Source: a virus
Direction: 5' to 3' (one strand)
Length of the DNA: 60,043 bases
Virus record (IMG/VR): IMGVR_UViG_3300020050_007391
Span: 1-60,043 of that record
The notes under the pieces are model-generated. The model was not told the DNA's origin, searched no databases, and saw nothing but the letters and a program-made list of their open reading frames with translations. How positions within the stretch are numbered: position 1 is the first letter of the stretch; each line of letters opens with the position of its first letter. A program made the position numbers and the translations under genes. Positions 37,301 through 44,127 of the stretch are shown here, one piece after another.

Positions 37301-40300
37301 CCAGCCGTCCGGCGCGTACAAAAATGTCACCCGTCTGGCGGAATTCAGGAATCTCGGCGTCCTGTCGCAGCAGGTCAATATGTTCATGGATACCGTTACC
37401 AGCGACGAACTCGGATCACTGGTGGACCGCCCAACCATGAAAACCGGGACCATGATTATCCGCACCACCAAGCCGACGCGGGAATACATGGCCTTCCAGA
37501 AATATCTGGAGCATCGCACCGACGAAGTGGCGAAGGCGAAGCAGAAGAACGCCAAGGGCGCGGATAATATCCTGTCCATCATTGGCGAGGGCCGGAAAGC
37601 CGCCGTCGATATGCGTATGATCGACCCGACGCTGCCGGAGAAGCCTTCCAAGCTGGAAGATATGATCGAAACCGTCTTTGAAGTCTGGAAACGGACCTCG
37701 GATGATAATTTCAAGAACAAATACAGCGGCGATGACTCGCCCGCGCCGATCAAAGGCGGGGTGCAGCTTATCTTCTCCGATCTCGGCGTCCAGACCATCA
37801 GCAAAGATGGAAAATCGTTCTCGGCCTACGACCATATCCGCCGCAAGCTGATCCGCAACGGCGTCCCGGCATCGCAGGTGGCCTTTATTGCCGATTACGA
37901 CACCTTCGTTAAGAAGGTCCAGCTTCAATTCAAACTGCGCAAGGGCGAAATCCGTATCCTGATCGGCTCGACGGCGAAAATGGGGACCGGCCTTAATGTG
38001 CAAAACCGCCTGAAAGCGATCCATAATCTTGACGCGCCGTGGCTGCCTGCCGATCTGGAGCAGCGTATCGGTCGCGGTCTTCGCCAAGGCAACCAGTACA
38101 AAGAGATTGAAGTTTACGGCTACGGCACGGAAGGCTCCTACGATTCGACCATGTGGGGGATGCTGGAAACCAAAGCCAAGGCGATCATCCAGTTCCTGAA
38201 AGGCGACCGCAACATGACCTCGATGCGCGACATCGAGGAAACAGACCATTTCCGCATGGCAAAAGCCATGACTTCCGGCGATCCCCGCGTATTGAAGCAG
38301 GCGGAATTGATGTCGGAAGTCGAGAAGCTGGACCGTCAATCAAAAAATTTCCGCAACGAGCAGGTGCGTATCCGGTCTGATATTTCCTCGAAAGAGGCTG
38401 GTATCGAATACCACCACCAGCGGATTGATGACATCACCACAGCGGCAGCCAAGCGCAAGACACCGGAAGAAAACAAATTCCTGATGACGGTGCAGGGGAA
38501 GCCCTATGACGAGCGGGCCAAGGCAGCCGAGGCGCTGGAACTGGCGATCAAGGGGTTGATTGCAAACAATGTCGATACACCGGCAGGCGGCGTCAAAATT
38601 GGCGAATTGCAGGGCTTCGATGTGCATATGTTTATTGCCACCGGAAACCTTGGAACTTCCTATGAGATTTTCCTGAATGATCCGGCTTTTGGTCAGGATG
38701 ATGCAAAGCGTTGGGTATCGAGCGCGGATTCTGAAATTTCCGCCTCCGGCACGATCACGACGCTGACCAATGCGCTCAACCGCATGGAAAAGAACAAGGA
38801 AAAATCGCAATCCACCATCGAGTCCAACAAGCGAGAGATCGGCGTCCTGAAAAGCCAGATTGCCGATAAATTCCCGAAAGAAGCGGAACTGGCCGACAAG
38901 AAAAAGCAACTGGACGAGATCGACACCGATCTGAAACTGAACGCGCCGGTCGAGGTTGTCTATGACGAATACCCAATCTCTTATTGGGAAGCCAACAAAG
39001 AGGCCATGAACTCTAAATTCTACATTGTTAACGATGAAGAAGAGGTATATGGGTGGACTTCTGTACCTGCTGATAAGGAAAAGGCCGTCAAAGGTTCTGA
39101 TCTGCGTAATCGCCTTGAAAATGACCTGACAAGACGACTGAAACAGCTTGGTTTCGACCGTACAAACATTACCGTTATCACGAATGCAGACTTGAGAACG
39201 CAGGATGGCCGCAGCGTTCAAGGCGCATATAAGGATAATGTGATCTGGCTTTCTATGGCAGATGATCCCATATCAATCCTTGATCACGAGGCGATACACG
39301 CCCTGCGTGATGCCGGTGCATTCACCGATCAGGAGTGGCGTACACTGGAAGCACAAGCGAAAAAATGGCGTCAGAAGTTCAATATCGACAGCCGTTATGA
39401 GGGCAGAGGGCTGACAGAAGAGGCGCTGAACGAAGAAGCCATTGCCGACGGGTTCAAGAATTTCGCTATGAATGGGTCAGAGAATGGCCCAGCCCGCCGT
39501 ATTTACAACAAGGTTGTGAGATTCCTGCAAGCTATCCGTGACGTTCTGCGCGGTAAGAAATGGGATTTCAAGACGGCAGACGACATATTCAAATCAATCG
39601 ACCGTGGCGAAGTTACGGAGCGCATCGTCGGGAAGACAGGAGATAAACGTACCGGCGAACGTATTATGTACTCTCAAAAAGGAAACATTAAGACTGATAG
39701 TGATGCCTTCAAGAAGTGGTTTGGCGACAGCAAAGTTACAGGTTCAGACGGAAATCCGCTGGTTGTTTATCATGGTACTCGTGCCGATATAGAGGCATTT
39801 GATCCGCAGAAATTAGGAGAAAACACTCAGGCCGAATCTGCAAAACATGGATTTTTCTTTGCCTCCAGTGCCGATGTTGCATCGTCATATGCAGAAATAG
39901 ATAGTATAGGATTTGAGGATACCGCTTGGTTTAAGGCTATTGACAGGGCGACAAAAGGAATTATTGGCAAAGCATCTGAAAAAGTCATGCTTTCCCTTGG
40001 TTATGAGAAAGTTCCAGAGACAGACACGCCAAATGTGATTCCTGTATATCTGTCTATTAAGAACCCAATGACTGTTGATTTCAAAAACAATAGATACCGG
40101 GAAAAAACATATAATGAGATTATTACAGAAGCAAAGTCTTCTGGACATGATGGTGTAATTCTTAGGAACACATTTGATCCCGGTCGCGCTTCACACGGAA
40201 GAGAAAAGACCGATGTTTTTGTGGCATTCAAACCAGCACAAATAAAATCGGTCAACAATCGCGGTACGTTCGACCCTGATGATGCCCGTATATTGTTCTC

Positions 40301-43073
40301 TCTTCCTGAGAATAAGAAAGACGCACTCAAAGAAGCAGAAGCCAACCTTGATCGCATTAAGGGAATGGAAGATAGTTTCCGTCCGTCTCTAGCCCGTATT
40401 TCATCTTATATCCTGCACCCGCACCAGATCGCATCTCTATACAAGTCTTTCACGCCTGTTTACATGGAAGCGATCAAGATGATGAAGTCACGCGACGTTA
40501 TCGTTCACACACTGACAAGCGACATTGACCTTTATAATAAGCTGAAAAAACAGCCCAAGAAACGTGTCAACGCCGTTCTTGAGCTTGGCAGGCTGATGAA
40601 GGAAAACTTTGAACGTGATGACAATGGCAATATCACTGTAGAGAACCTCGGATTAACGCAAGCCCGTCATAGCAAGGCCGGTGAGAAGATAACCCTGACT
40701 GGCCCGGAAGTCGCCGCATATATCGGTGTTCGCAGAGCCATGAACAAGGCCCTCAACATCTACATGGAAACCATACTTCAAGAATATGGATATGTTGATA
40801 AGGGCATTAACACACGGGAGAAGCTGGCAAGAGCAATTAAGGATGAAACCGATCAGCGCGAAATCCAGCGTATGCAAGAAGTTTTGAAGATGCTAAGCGA
40901 GATCGAGGCGCAGCAGCGCATGGGGTATATCCCATTCAAGCGATGGGGCGAGGTCGGTATAACTGTCCGCCGCAAGGGCGAAGAAGATGAAGACGATCAG
41001 CTTGTTTTGTTCGACCGCATTGAGCTGCCGAAATCGAAGATACTGCGCGGTGATAAGATAGGCGAGAATAAGATTGTCCGTGAGGCTGTCAAGAAGATCA
41101 CCGACGAATACCCGGCGGACAAATACGATGTCACAGTTTTCGAGGTCAAAGACTTCACCAGCTTGCAAGCAAACCTGAAACTCAATGAACTTGATGTTCT
41201 GGCTGCCAGCAGCGATATGAGCATGGAAGACTATGGATACCTGCGCGGAATGCTGGAAGATGCCATGAAGCGTCGCGGATTCCGTTCTCACTTCTTCAAA
41301 GCAGACGATGTGCCGGGCTATAGCGACGACTTTGAACGTGCGATTAACGATTATATCGTTAGCATTTCCGGCCATCTGTCGCGCCGCAAACACATTCCGA
41401 AGCTGGATAAGGCTGTCAGTGAGATCGAGAAAGCTGGCGAAGCTTCGTTATTCGACTACGCCCGCAAGTACGTTTCATATATTACCGATCCGAAAGAAGA
41501 GTTTGGCTCTATCCGCCAAATGGCCTTCCTTTGGTATCTGGCCGGTAACATTGCCTCCGGATTTACCAACCTGATGCAGACAACAATGGTGACGGCCCCT
41601 TGGTTGAAAGCGATGTTCTCTCATACCCAGATTGCAGAAAAGATGTCTGTCGCCTACAAGGATGCGATATCGATGATTGATGTATCGGCAGGTACAGATG
41701 TCTTCAACTTCGACAAAGCCCCTTATGATGTCCGTCTGGCATTGAAAAAGGCAGAGGCAGAGGGTGATTTCATCCCGCTCAACACATTCGATGCTATGGC
41801 GATTGCGAATACCAATATCGCCTATCTGCGCGGAATCGACCGGACAGCCCGTAACCTTATGGACGTTGTAGGTATAACATTCTCAACACCAGAGCGCCTT
41901 AACCGGGTTGTCACGTATATAACCGCTTATAGATTTGCAATTGATCCAAATAACCGCCAGAAGATCATGTCGTTCGTCAACCGCGATCAGATCGGGAAAC
42001 AAAGCCTTCAAGGCAAGACAGGCGCAGAATTTGCTGCTGCCTTTGCAGACTATGCTGTGTTTTCAACGCAGTTCCGCATGGGAAAACTCAATAGGCCATC
42101 ACTTGCTCGTGGCATAGGGACGCTTCCATTCCAGTTCCTGTCATTTTCTATGCAGGCGTTCGAGCTGATGTATAGGCTTGGTAAAGTCCATGGCGAGAAA
42201 GCTGGAATGTCTGCATTTATTATGCTGATGTTTGTGATAGCGATGTCTGGAATCAAGGGTTTCCCGTTTGCCGAGGACGTTCAGACCATGATTGAGAAGG
42301 TCTACAAGCTCCTGAGCCGTACAGACCTAGATATTGATGCTGAAATGAGAAAGATTCTGGCAGAAACAGTGGGCGTCACAGCCGCAGATGCGATTATGAA
42401 GGGTGTCCCATCGGCGCTATTGAACGTCGATATGTCTGGCCGTCTTGGTTTCGGCAATATTGTCCCTGACAACACGAGCGACCTGTACGGCGTCTGGTAC
42501 GATATGCTCTTCACAAAACCAAGTCAGGCCGCCATCGACGTTGCCCGTGGTAACTATATTGATGCCTTTGCTAATATTTCACCAGCATTCCTCAGAAACC
42601 CCCTGCAAGCTTATTCTTGGGCAGAGGGCGGCATACGATCTGGCCGCACTGGCGATCCGATCATTACGAAGGAAGAAATCAATGATTCTGACATATTCTT
42701 GAAGGCTCTGGGGTTCACTTCCGGTAATGTCGCCCGCGAACGCGATAGAGTGTATTCTGAGCAACGTGCATCCAGAGCCGTTGACGACCTGCGGGCTGAT
42801 TATTATGACCGTCTGGCCCGCGCCTATGTCTCCAGAAAGAACGCATACGGCAAAGACCCGGAAGCAACACAGGCGTATCAGGACCAGATTGAGTCTATAA
42901 TGGCTGAAATAGCACGCTATAATGAGGATGAGCCGCTTTACAGGCAGATCATCATTAATCCCAAAACCCTCAAGCAGCGCATTATCAAAGAGGTAAAGGG
43001 TGCCGAAGCTAACAAAGTGAGAAAACAGGCCCGAGGCGAAGCGGAAAGACTGAAAGAAGCCTATGGCAAATAA
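28350..43073 (+). CDS. Giant multidomain 'polyvalent' virion/ejection protein of about 4,907 aa. Domains in order: pyrophosphatase-like, GNAT-like, zincin, N6-adenine MTase, SF2 helicase, second zincin, ART-like, C-terminal membrane module.
   Basis: One uninterrupted ORF. The track start is TTG 28347; the ATG at 28350 shares its A with the upstream TGA. Motifs are listed in the domain features below. Confidence 0.9.
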   Translation: MADNNDDLFNAALGSLSQPAPAQTPSSATPEIGGDDPLFSAAMKGLPPADIGTGEKVTRSVAAGLGAIPESVWGTVEAISGVGSDYITGPLDEGLKMLGSDPSGDKDVFGAVRDFAHEMKGGIKTSNQQTIEPVMKNAGIIGRGVYGGIQSLASNAPGIAMSVMTGNPLPALASAGLVSGGTAAGDALDKGKTPTEALQYAVMQGGSEILTEKIPVARLLGDLKAGSGFLKTLGHQMITEVPSEQVATIWQNFNEWAFLNPEKPFSEYLNALPEDMALTLVSTLVSTGIQTGAMHTLDRAINGKREKEEEPPPEDQTPPQNPPRSTRDDLEAAMQRPEVQSPPAPSPETAPVTQAVAPAAAPSPTPPMADTTGAAPAQQGFRPGNIVEHVNGYGEVIKGTVESVQNSSIGQTVQVIDEKGQIHTIFEGDGTTQVIGQMPVSTRDELAAAMEPASPGQELESKDAPLAPQADQAVPEQNLAPEPMGPRTFKDSLPDLSEEELLNHYNGKNVQRRNMAAAELERRYPEWGVTKAIDVAQAAASANVSPTEAQKEAGNYKKGHVSISGLPITIENAKGSMRSGTDRYGKNWQVQMPAHYGYVKRTTGADGDHVDVYIGDNHQSQNVYVVDQINEDTKEFDEHKALVGFNTIQEAMSAYEDGFSDMKAEHRVGAVTIMTMAEFKDWLKNENTKKPLLYKKPENDNPFVPTEEKYPVDVPFEDTKPPAQEIKPEPSVEESKPEPAQAEGQPEQQNAEPAPAEATQGPQQGTVGMKLAAGQVVLTTTGRETSPFPKVDTSNDRKTANTIKRVDNWLMQNALDEARARGDEFNARQFEANLSKPSPADKDSAEYYLFDPDFVFTPPAEPKPMTPTQDEGNYSVQEETMRRMTAEEKRLNEGEWTVVAERKSPWSVENGFGQTQEDARSDALRRVGFSNQEEKPEVGPAPSEPENAPAQEPGNVQQPESGGGEVNAVKAVAVKSSLYEAIKKGGKDPTMYVFSPAEALEIIAELEEKSADQWGHGVGVTVRVSKYYKDPADGIAFSVADGIGRKISISDDVRSFLYPEATQPAAESPPLQPPEVAVPDAPTTPSTVIKISDVSVNDSRGGEMFGYKELTVDGKALVGADINLYNGGVYIQNIVTRQEARRKGYAKKLVDDLFREFPDEKIFVSNMTDDGGAFFRATYNVGEDGHITKKERGKKLKDVGEKMDGKRAFQDRMKKAKASEQAKQIIAATKKAAVFNIEKREEQTTGTVRFAQTLLDNIEDFSAHLKKIGAISPGDRSRYGYKMPGWEEQVKILFSENIERDGDRFVVGSWRYTAEQIEKKKKAIIEAAENFIEYGSRISDMFAFSDTVAEFKLELKNALEDEEFSDLLKEFQKHYSLERSLFSDNKWDTFGAITDDWNIVENQRAKPMVRPKLEHIVRDGLPDRRNGRDITPQEFKDTFGFRGVEFGEWVNAKEGQAHINHAYDALLDMAERLKITPQHISLGGKLGFAFGSRGSGEHAAHFEPDTNVINLTKTKGDGSVAHEWLHALDFNLRKNDAASKRLMDLAYMSLERDVKIDIKGMVNDFLLDKRAFYRGNKKMDYGAVGHAREYLNRIVLSKATNPDYYPMTKFKREGDALGKDYWGTGKELLARAWESFIYDTLAGKSPYLVNDWVGDGTVTKDAGFRGIPYPTGEERARFNTFFDEFLKLIEFSDVGVKFKDGAKLPIEQEFDKIVNEAQSYLPKLAEMLQEAKNGTVQQDPIQTGVSDGDGAASAEGLPGTGTDEDIERLFGRGRGGSAADVRPDREESQGESGDGRGSAVRGDGDSLRGNDTVLEPQGPEAEIPVYNAKGENHIIPVGALDEKRGQRQKAKDNIQIIKLVKQIESEDRAATPEEQELLAKYTGWGSVKNVFPDGTGQLKEDWKGLGNEVKELLTEKEYSEARRTIQYAHYTSEIVVRSMWQAMERFGLKSGTVFEPGMGIGNFAGMMPQGMHLNYSGLEFDSMTSRIARILYPQFGVRHADFTSARYADNMFDAAIGNPPFSSMKVKGDAKYKDLSLHNYFFVKTIDMVAPGGVVAFVTSRYSMDTIDSSARDMMAEKVDLVGAIRLPDTAFKTNAHTEVVTDIIFLRKRLPGEEANGVKWSQVEELKLADKNGKPFVVNEYFINNPEMVLGNFSSEGSMYAEGTLTVSPVKNADLQQQLQEAIERLPENVISEVQKADVGHIDMDVADKDGTYYLKGDVLMQVDGKQGFPVTMRGKGAGGITKAEAEKIRGLIPVRDALRKTMAAMLARDDKAMKAAQKDLKKHHSAYVKKYGPITKSETESRVPSAGQIEEARDDLRADFLAADEEFDEGDIDLSSLLNKVNPETGKKYTPAQIGTIRRKRREEIEAAGGVVNEGDFNPDDVPDNITVKYPNLDPFKGDPEYYNLMILENYNEETGEAKTTDVFEKNIIAEIRKPEIKTAVDALNYSLITTNDIDIDMMSKELGTNRDAVIDELEQLDLIYKLPDPYTGNPVYIYSEEYLSGYVKDKLAFAKRLAESDPVYKRNVAALEAVQPTDIEPSSINTQLGSPYFEPKVIEDFMRQELNIPVSISYTKAINHWEVTAHDPRAPENINQYGTSSRSASDIMERLLMRKDLKVTRKTTDPETGKDKQVVDVEETQAANDKAKILQEKFDKWVWQSSHAERVHRKYNDEYNNVVPRKYNGEHVNAGVSPQAAPKGLMKHQKNIIWRILQSGNTYIAHAVGAGKTLEMIASAMEMRRLGQWKKPMFVVPNHMLAQFSKEFMEAYPQAKIMVADERNFHTDRRKRFISNVAGSDLDAVIITFSGFKKIGVSSMFEIEMTEREMNKYRAALEEAGGKKASKSRGSTASAIEKKLEAMQKRLDSLKADKDNTFTFEELGVDGLLVDEGHNFRKLSFSTMQGTMKGVNPVGSQMSWDLYMKSRYLEKINPGRGLVLASGTPLTNTLAEIFTIQRYMSEKELERNGLNNFDAWSSVFAASVTNPERQPSGAYKNVTRLAEFRNLGVLSQQVNMFMDTVTSDELGSLVDRPTMKTGTMIIRTTKPTREYMAFQKYLEHRTDEVAKAKQKNAKGADNILSIIGEGRKAAVDMRMIDPTLPEKPSKLEDMIETVFEVWKRTSDDNFKNKYSGDDSPAPIKGGVQLIFSDLGVQTISKDGKSFSAYDHIRRKLIRNGVPASQVAFIADYDTFVKKVQLQFKLRKGEIRILIGSTAKMGTGLNVQNRLKAIHNLDAPWLPADLEQRIGRGLRQGNQYKEIEVYGYGTEGSYDSTMWGMLETKAKAIIQFLKGDRNMTSMRDIEETDHFRMAKAMTSGDPRVLKQAELMSEVEKLDRQSKNFRNEQVRIRSDISSKEAGIEYHHQRIDDITTAAAKRKTPEENKFLMTVQGKPYDERAKAAEALELAIKGLIANNVDTPAGGVKIGELQGFDVHMFIATGNLGTSYEIFLNDPAFGQDDAKRWVSSADSEISASGTITTLTNALNRMEKNKEKSQSTIESNKREIGVLKSQIADKFPKEAELADKKKQLDEIDTDLKLNAPVEVVYDEYPISYWEANKEAMNSKFYIVNDEEEVYGWTSVPADKEKAVKGSDLRNRLENDLTRRLKQLGFDRTNITVITNADLRTQDGRSVQGAYKDNVIWLSMADDPISILDHEAIHALRDAGAFTDQEWRTLEAQAKKWRQKFNIDSRYEGRGLTEEALNEEAIADGFKNFAMNGSENGPARRIYNKVVRFLQAIRDVLRGKKWDFKTADDIFKSIDRGEVTERIVGKTGDKRTGERIMYSQKGNIKTDSDAFKKWFGDSKVTGSDGNPLVVYHGTRADIEAFDPQKLGENTQAESAKHGFFFASSADVASSYAEIDSIGFEDTAWFKAIDRATKGIIGKASEKVMLSLGYEKVPETDTPNVIPVYLSIKNPMTVDFKNNRYREKTYNEIITEAKSSGHDGVILRNTFDPGRASHGREKTDVFVAFKPAQIKSVNNRGTFDPDDARILFSLPENKKDALKEAEANLDRIKGMEDSFRPSLARISSYILHPHQIASLYKSFTPVYMEAIKMMKSRDVIVHTLTSDIDLYNKLKKQPKKRVNAVLELGRLMKENFERDDNGNITVENLGLTQARHSKAGEKITLTGPEVAAYIGVRRAMNKALNIYMETILQEYGYVDKGINTREKLARAIKDETDQREIQRMQEVLKMLSEIEAQQRMGYIPFKRWGEVGITVRRKGEEDEDDQLVLFDRIELPKSKILRGDKIGENKIVREAVKKITDEYPADKYDVTVFEVKDFTSLQANLKLNELDVLAASSDMSMEDYGYLRGMLEDAMKRRGFRSHFFKADDVPGYSDDFERAINDYIVSISGHLSRRKHIPKLDKAVSEIEKAGEASLFDYARKYVSYITDPKEEFGSIRQMAFLWYLAGNIASGFTNLMQTTMVTAPWLKAMFSHTQIAEKMSVAYKDAISMIDVSAGTDVFNFDKAPYDVRLALKKAEAEGDFIPLNTFDAMAIANTNIAYLRGIDRTARNLMDVVGITFSTPERLNRVVTYITAYRFAIDPNNRQKIMSFVNRDQIGKQSLQGKTGAEFAAAFADYAVFSTQFRMGKLNRPSLARGIGTLPFQFLSFSMQAFELMYRLGKVHGEKAGMSAFIMLMFVIAMSGIKGFPFAEDVQTMIEKVYKLLSRTDLDIDAEMRKILAETVGVTAADAIMKGVPSALLNVDMSGRLGFGNIVPDNTSDLYGVWYDMLFTKPSQAAIDVARGNYIDAFANISPAFLRNPLQAYSWAEGGIRSGRTGDPIITKEEINDSDIFLKALGFTSGNVARERDRVYSEQRASRAVDDLRADYYDRLARAYVSRKNAYGKDPEATQAYQDQIESIMAEIARYNEDEPLYRQIIINPKTLKQRIIKEVKGAEANKVRKQARGEAERLKEAYGK
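29988..30400 (+). other. Domain in the giant ORF: inorganic-pyrophosphatase-like segment.
   Basis: GNYKKGHVSISGLPITIEN...TTGADGDHVDVYIGD...VYVVDQI. GADGDHVDV resembles the DGDPxDV metal-site motif of family I PPases. Confidence 0.4.
31600..31900 (+). other. Domain in the giant ORF: GNAT-type acetyltransferase-like.
   Basis: YIQNIVTRQEARRKGYAKKLVDDLFREF fits the GNAT motif A (R/Q-x-x-G-x-G/A). Confidence 0.5.
32600..33300 (+). other. Domain in the giant ORF: zincin-like metallopeptidase (first HExxH).
   Basis: GDGSVAHEWLHALDF, with HEWLH encoded at 32913..32927. Confidence 0.5.
33950..34800 (+). other. Domain in the giant ORF: gamma-class N6-adenine DNA methyltransferase.
   Basis: Motif I VFEPGMGIGNF is followed by motif IV AAIGNPPFSS, with NPPF at 34401..34412. 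Confidence 0.8.
36440..38110 (+). other. Domain in the giant ORF: SF2 (SNF2/DEAD-like) helicase.
   Basis: AVGAGKT (36519..36533), LLVDEGHNF (DEGH at 37005..37016), LASGTPLTN, STAKMGTGLNVQ and EQRIGRGLRQGN. Confidence 0.8.
39230..39560 (+). other. Domain in the giant ORF: second HExxH motif region.
   Basis: ILDHEAIHALRDAG, with HEAIH encoded at 39285..39299. Confidence 0.4.
39740..40260 (+). other. Domain in the giant ORF: ADP-ribosyltransferase-like (ART of polyvalent proteins), tentative.
   Basis: LVVYHGTRADIEAFD ... HGFFFASSADVASSYA ... VIPVYLSIKNP ... GHDGVILRNT resembles the H-G-T / S / acidic pattern of phage ART-like modules. Confidence 0.35.
41500..42520 (+). other. Domain in the giant ORF: hydrophobic helices plus a GRLGFG (PLxRFG-like) motif.
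   Basis: MAFLWYLAGNIASGFTNLMQTTMV, GIGTLPFQFLSFSMQAFELMY, MSAFIMLMFVIAMSGIKGF, then VDMSGRLGFGNIVP. Confidence 0.5.
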
Positions 43074-43136
43074 GAGAAATATTGTTAGAAACCGCCTTTT
43101 ACAATAAAATGTAACCATATTCTAAGGAGAATCCTC

Positions 43137-43517
43137 ATGGACGCCAGTGTAGATATCAAGATTGACGAGCAGGCCACGGAAACAGCCACATGGAACCTGA
43201 CGGCAGATGAGCCAGATGGGGAGTGGTGGAAGAGCGTCGGTAAATCCGACAAATCGTTCCATATTTTTGGTGATTTGGATGGTGGCGTTGTCGAGCTGAA
43301 CGGATCAGGCGACAAGCGGTGCGTGACCGACAAGGCCAATGCCGCATTCTTCAAAATACGCGATCCTGACAGGAATTTAATCGCTGTCAGCAGTGTATCT
43401 GACGATTACAATGCAGATATAATTTTCATCAACCCCGTATATATGCGACCGAGACTTGTTGGCGCTGGTCCAAATGCCAATGTCTACGTTGTCGTTACAG
43501 GCGCGTATGTTCGTTAA
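43137..43517 (+). CDS. Hypothetical protein.
   Basis: Track ORF with an AAGGAGA RBS. Confidence 0.6.
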   Translation: MDASVDIKIDEQATETATWNLTADEPDGEWWKSVGKSDKSFHIFGDLDGGVVELNGSGDKRCVTDKANAAFFKIRDPDRNLIAVSSVSDDYNADIIFINPVYMRPRLVGAGPNANVYVVVTGAYVR

Positions 43518-43533
43518 TTAAGGAGATAATGCC

Positions 43534-44103
43534 GTGAGCGAATTTCTAAAGCAGGATCAGGAAGATGAACAAGAGCTGGCAAAAATCTTGCGCCAAAAGA
43601 GCAAGGAACTGAGGGTTTATGAGAACATTGAACGCGCTCTCAGGGCTTTAAATTCTCTGCGTCAGCGCCATGTCGATTTAGAGGCAAGCTTTACCGGACT
43701 GACAGTGAAATACTCTTCGCTGAAAGAAGAGGTTGATAAAGCAGAAGACTTTATCGCCAAGGCAAATATTGATGCGGCGAACAAGATCAAAGATGCCAAA
43801 GATAAAGCGCAGGAAATTATCAATGAGGCGACTGCAAAGGCAGACGATATCGTTAAATCTGCCGATTCAAGTGCCGCTGCCGTAGTCGCAAAAACTGCCC
43901 AAGAATTGAACGAAAAGATTTCAGATGCCGAAAACAGGCTATCAGAAATGTCGCAGGCAATCGATGGGAAGCAGTCTGATTATGATGCTGTTATTCGTCT
44001 GCGCGAGGAAAGGAATAATCTTATCGCCTCAAATATCGAAGAGGGCGCAAAGCTGGAGAAAATCCGCAGAGATTTGTCGGCCATTCTCAACGTGCAAAAA
44101 TAA
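43534..44103 (+). CDS. Coiled-coil protein.
   Basis: GTG start after AAGGAG. Long charged helical sequence (KDKAQEIINEATAKADDIVKSAD...). Confidence 0.55.
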   Translation: MSEFLKQDQEDEQELAKILRQKSKELRVYENIERALRALNSLRQRHVDLEASFTGLTVKYSSLKEEVDKAEDFIAKANIDAANKIKDAKDKAQEIINEATAKADDIVKSADSSAAAVVAKTAQELNEKISDAENRLSEMSQAIDGKQSDYDAVIRLREERNNLIASNIEEGAKLEKIRRDLSAILNVQK

Positions 44104-44127
44104 TTAAACCTCACTATAGGTGAAGCC

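Noticed and set aside
30075-39221. Very long antisense ORFs inside the giant gene: 30075..31097 (340 aa), 33789..35207 (472 aa), 37416..38339 (307 aa) and 38340..39221 (293 aa), all on the minus strand.
   Set aside because: They lie entirely opposite a sense ORF that has clear enzyme motifs. Their translations are Arg/His/Leu-rich and low-complexity with no motifs, and they lack RBS context. These are typical shadow ORFs of a codon-biased gene.
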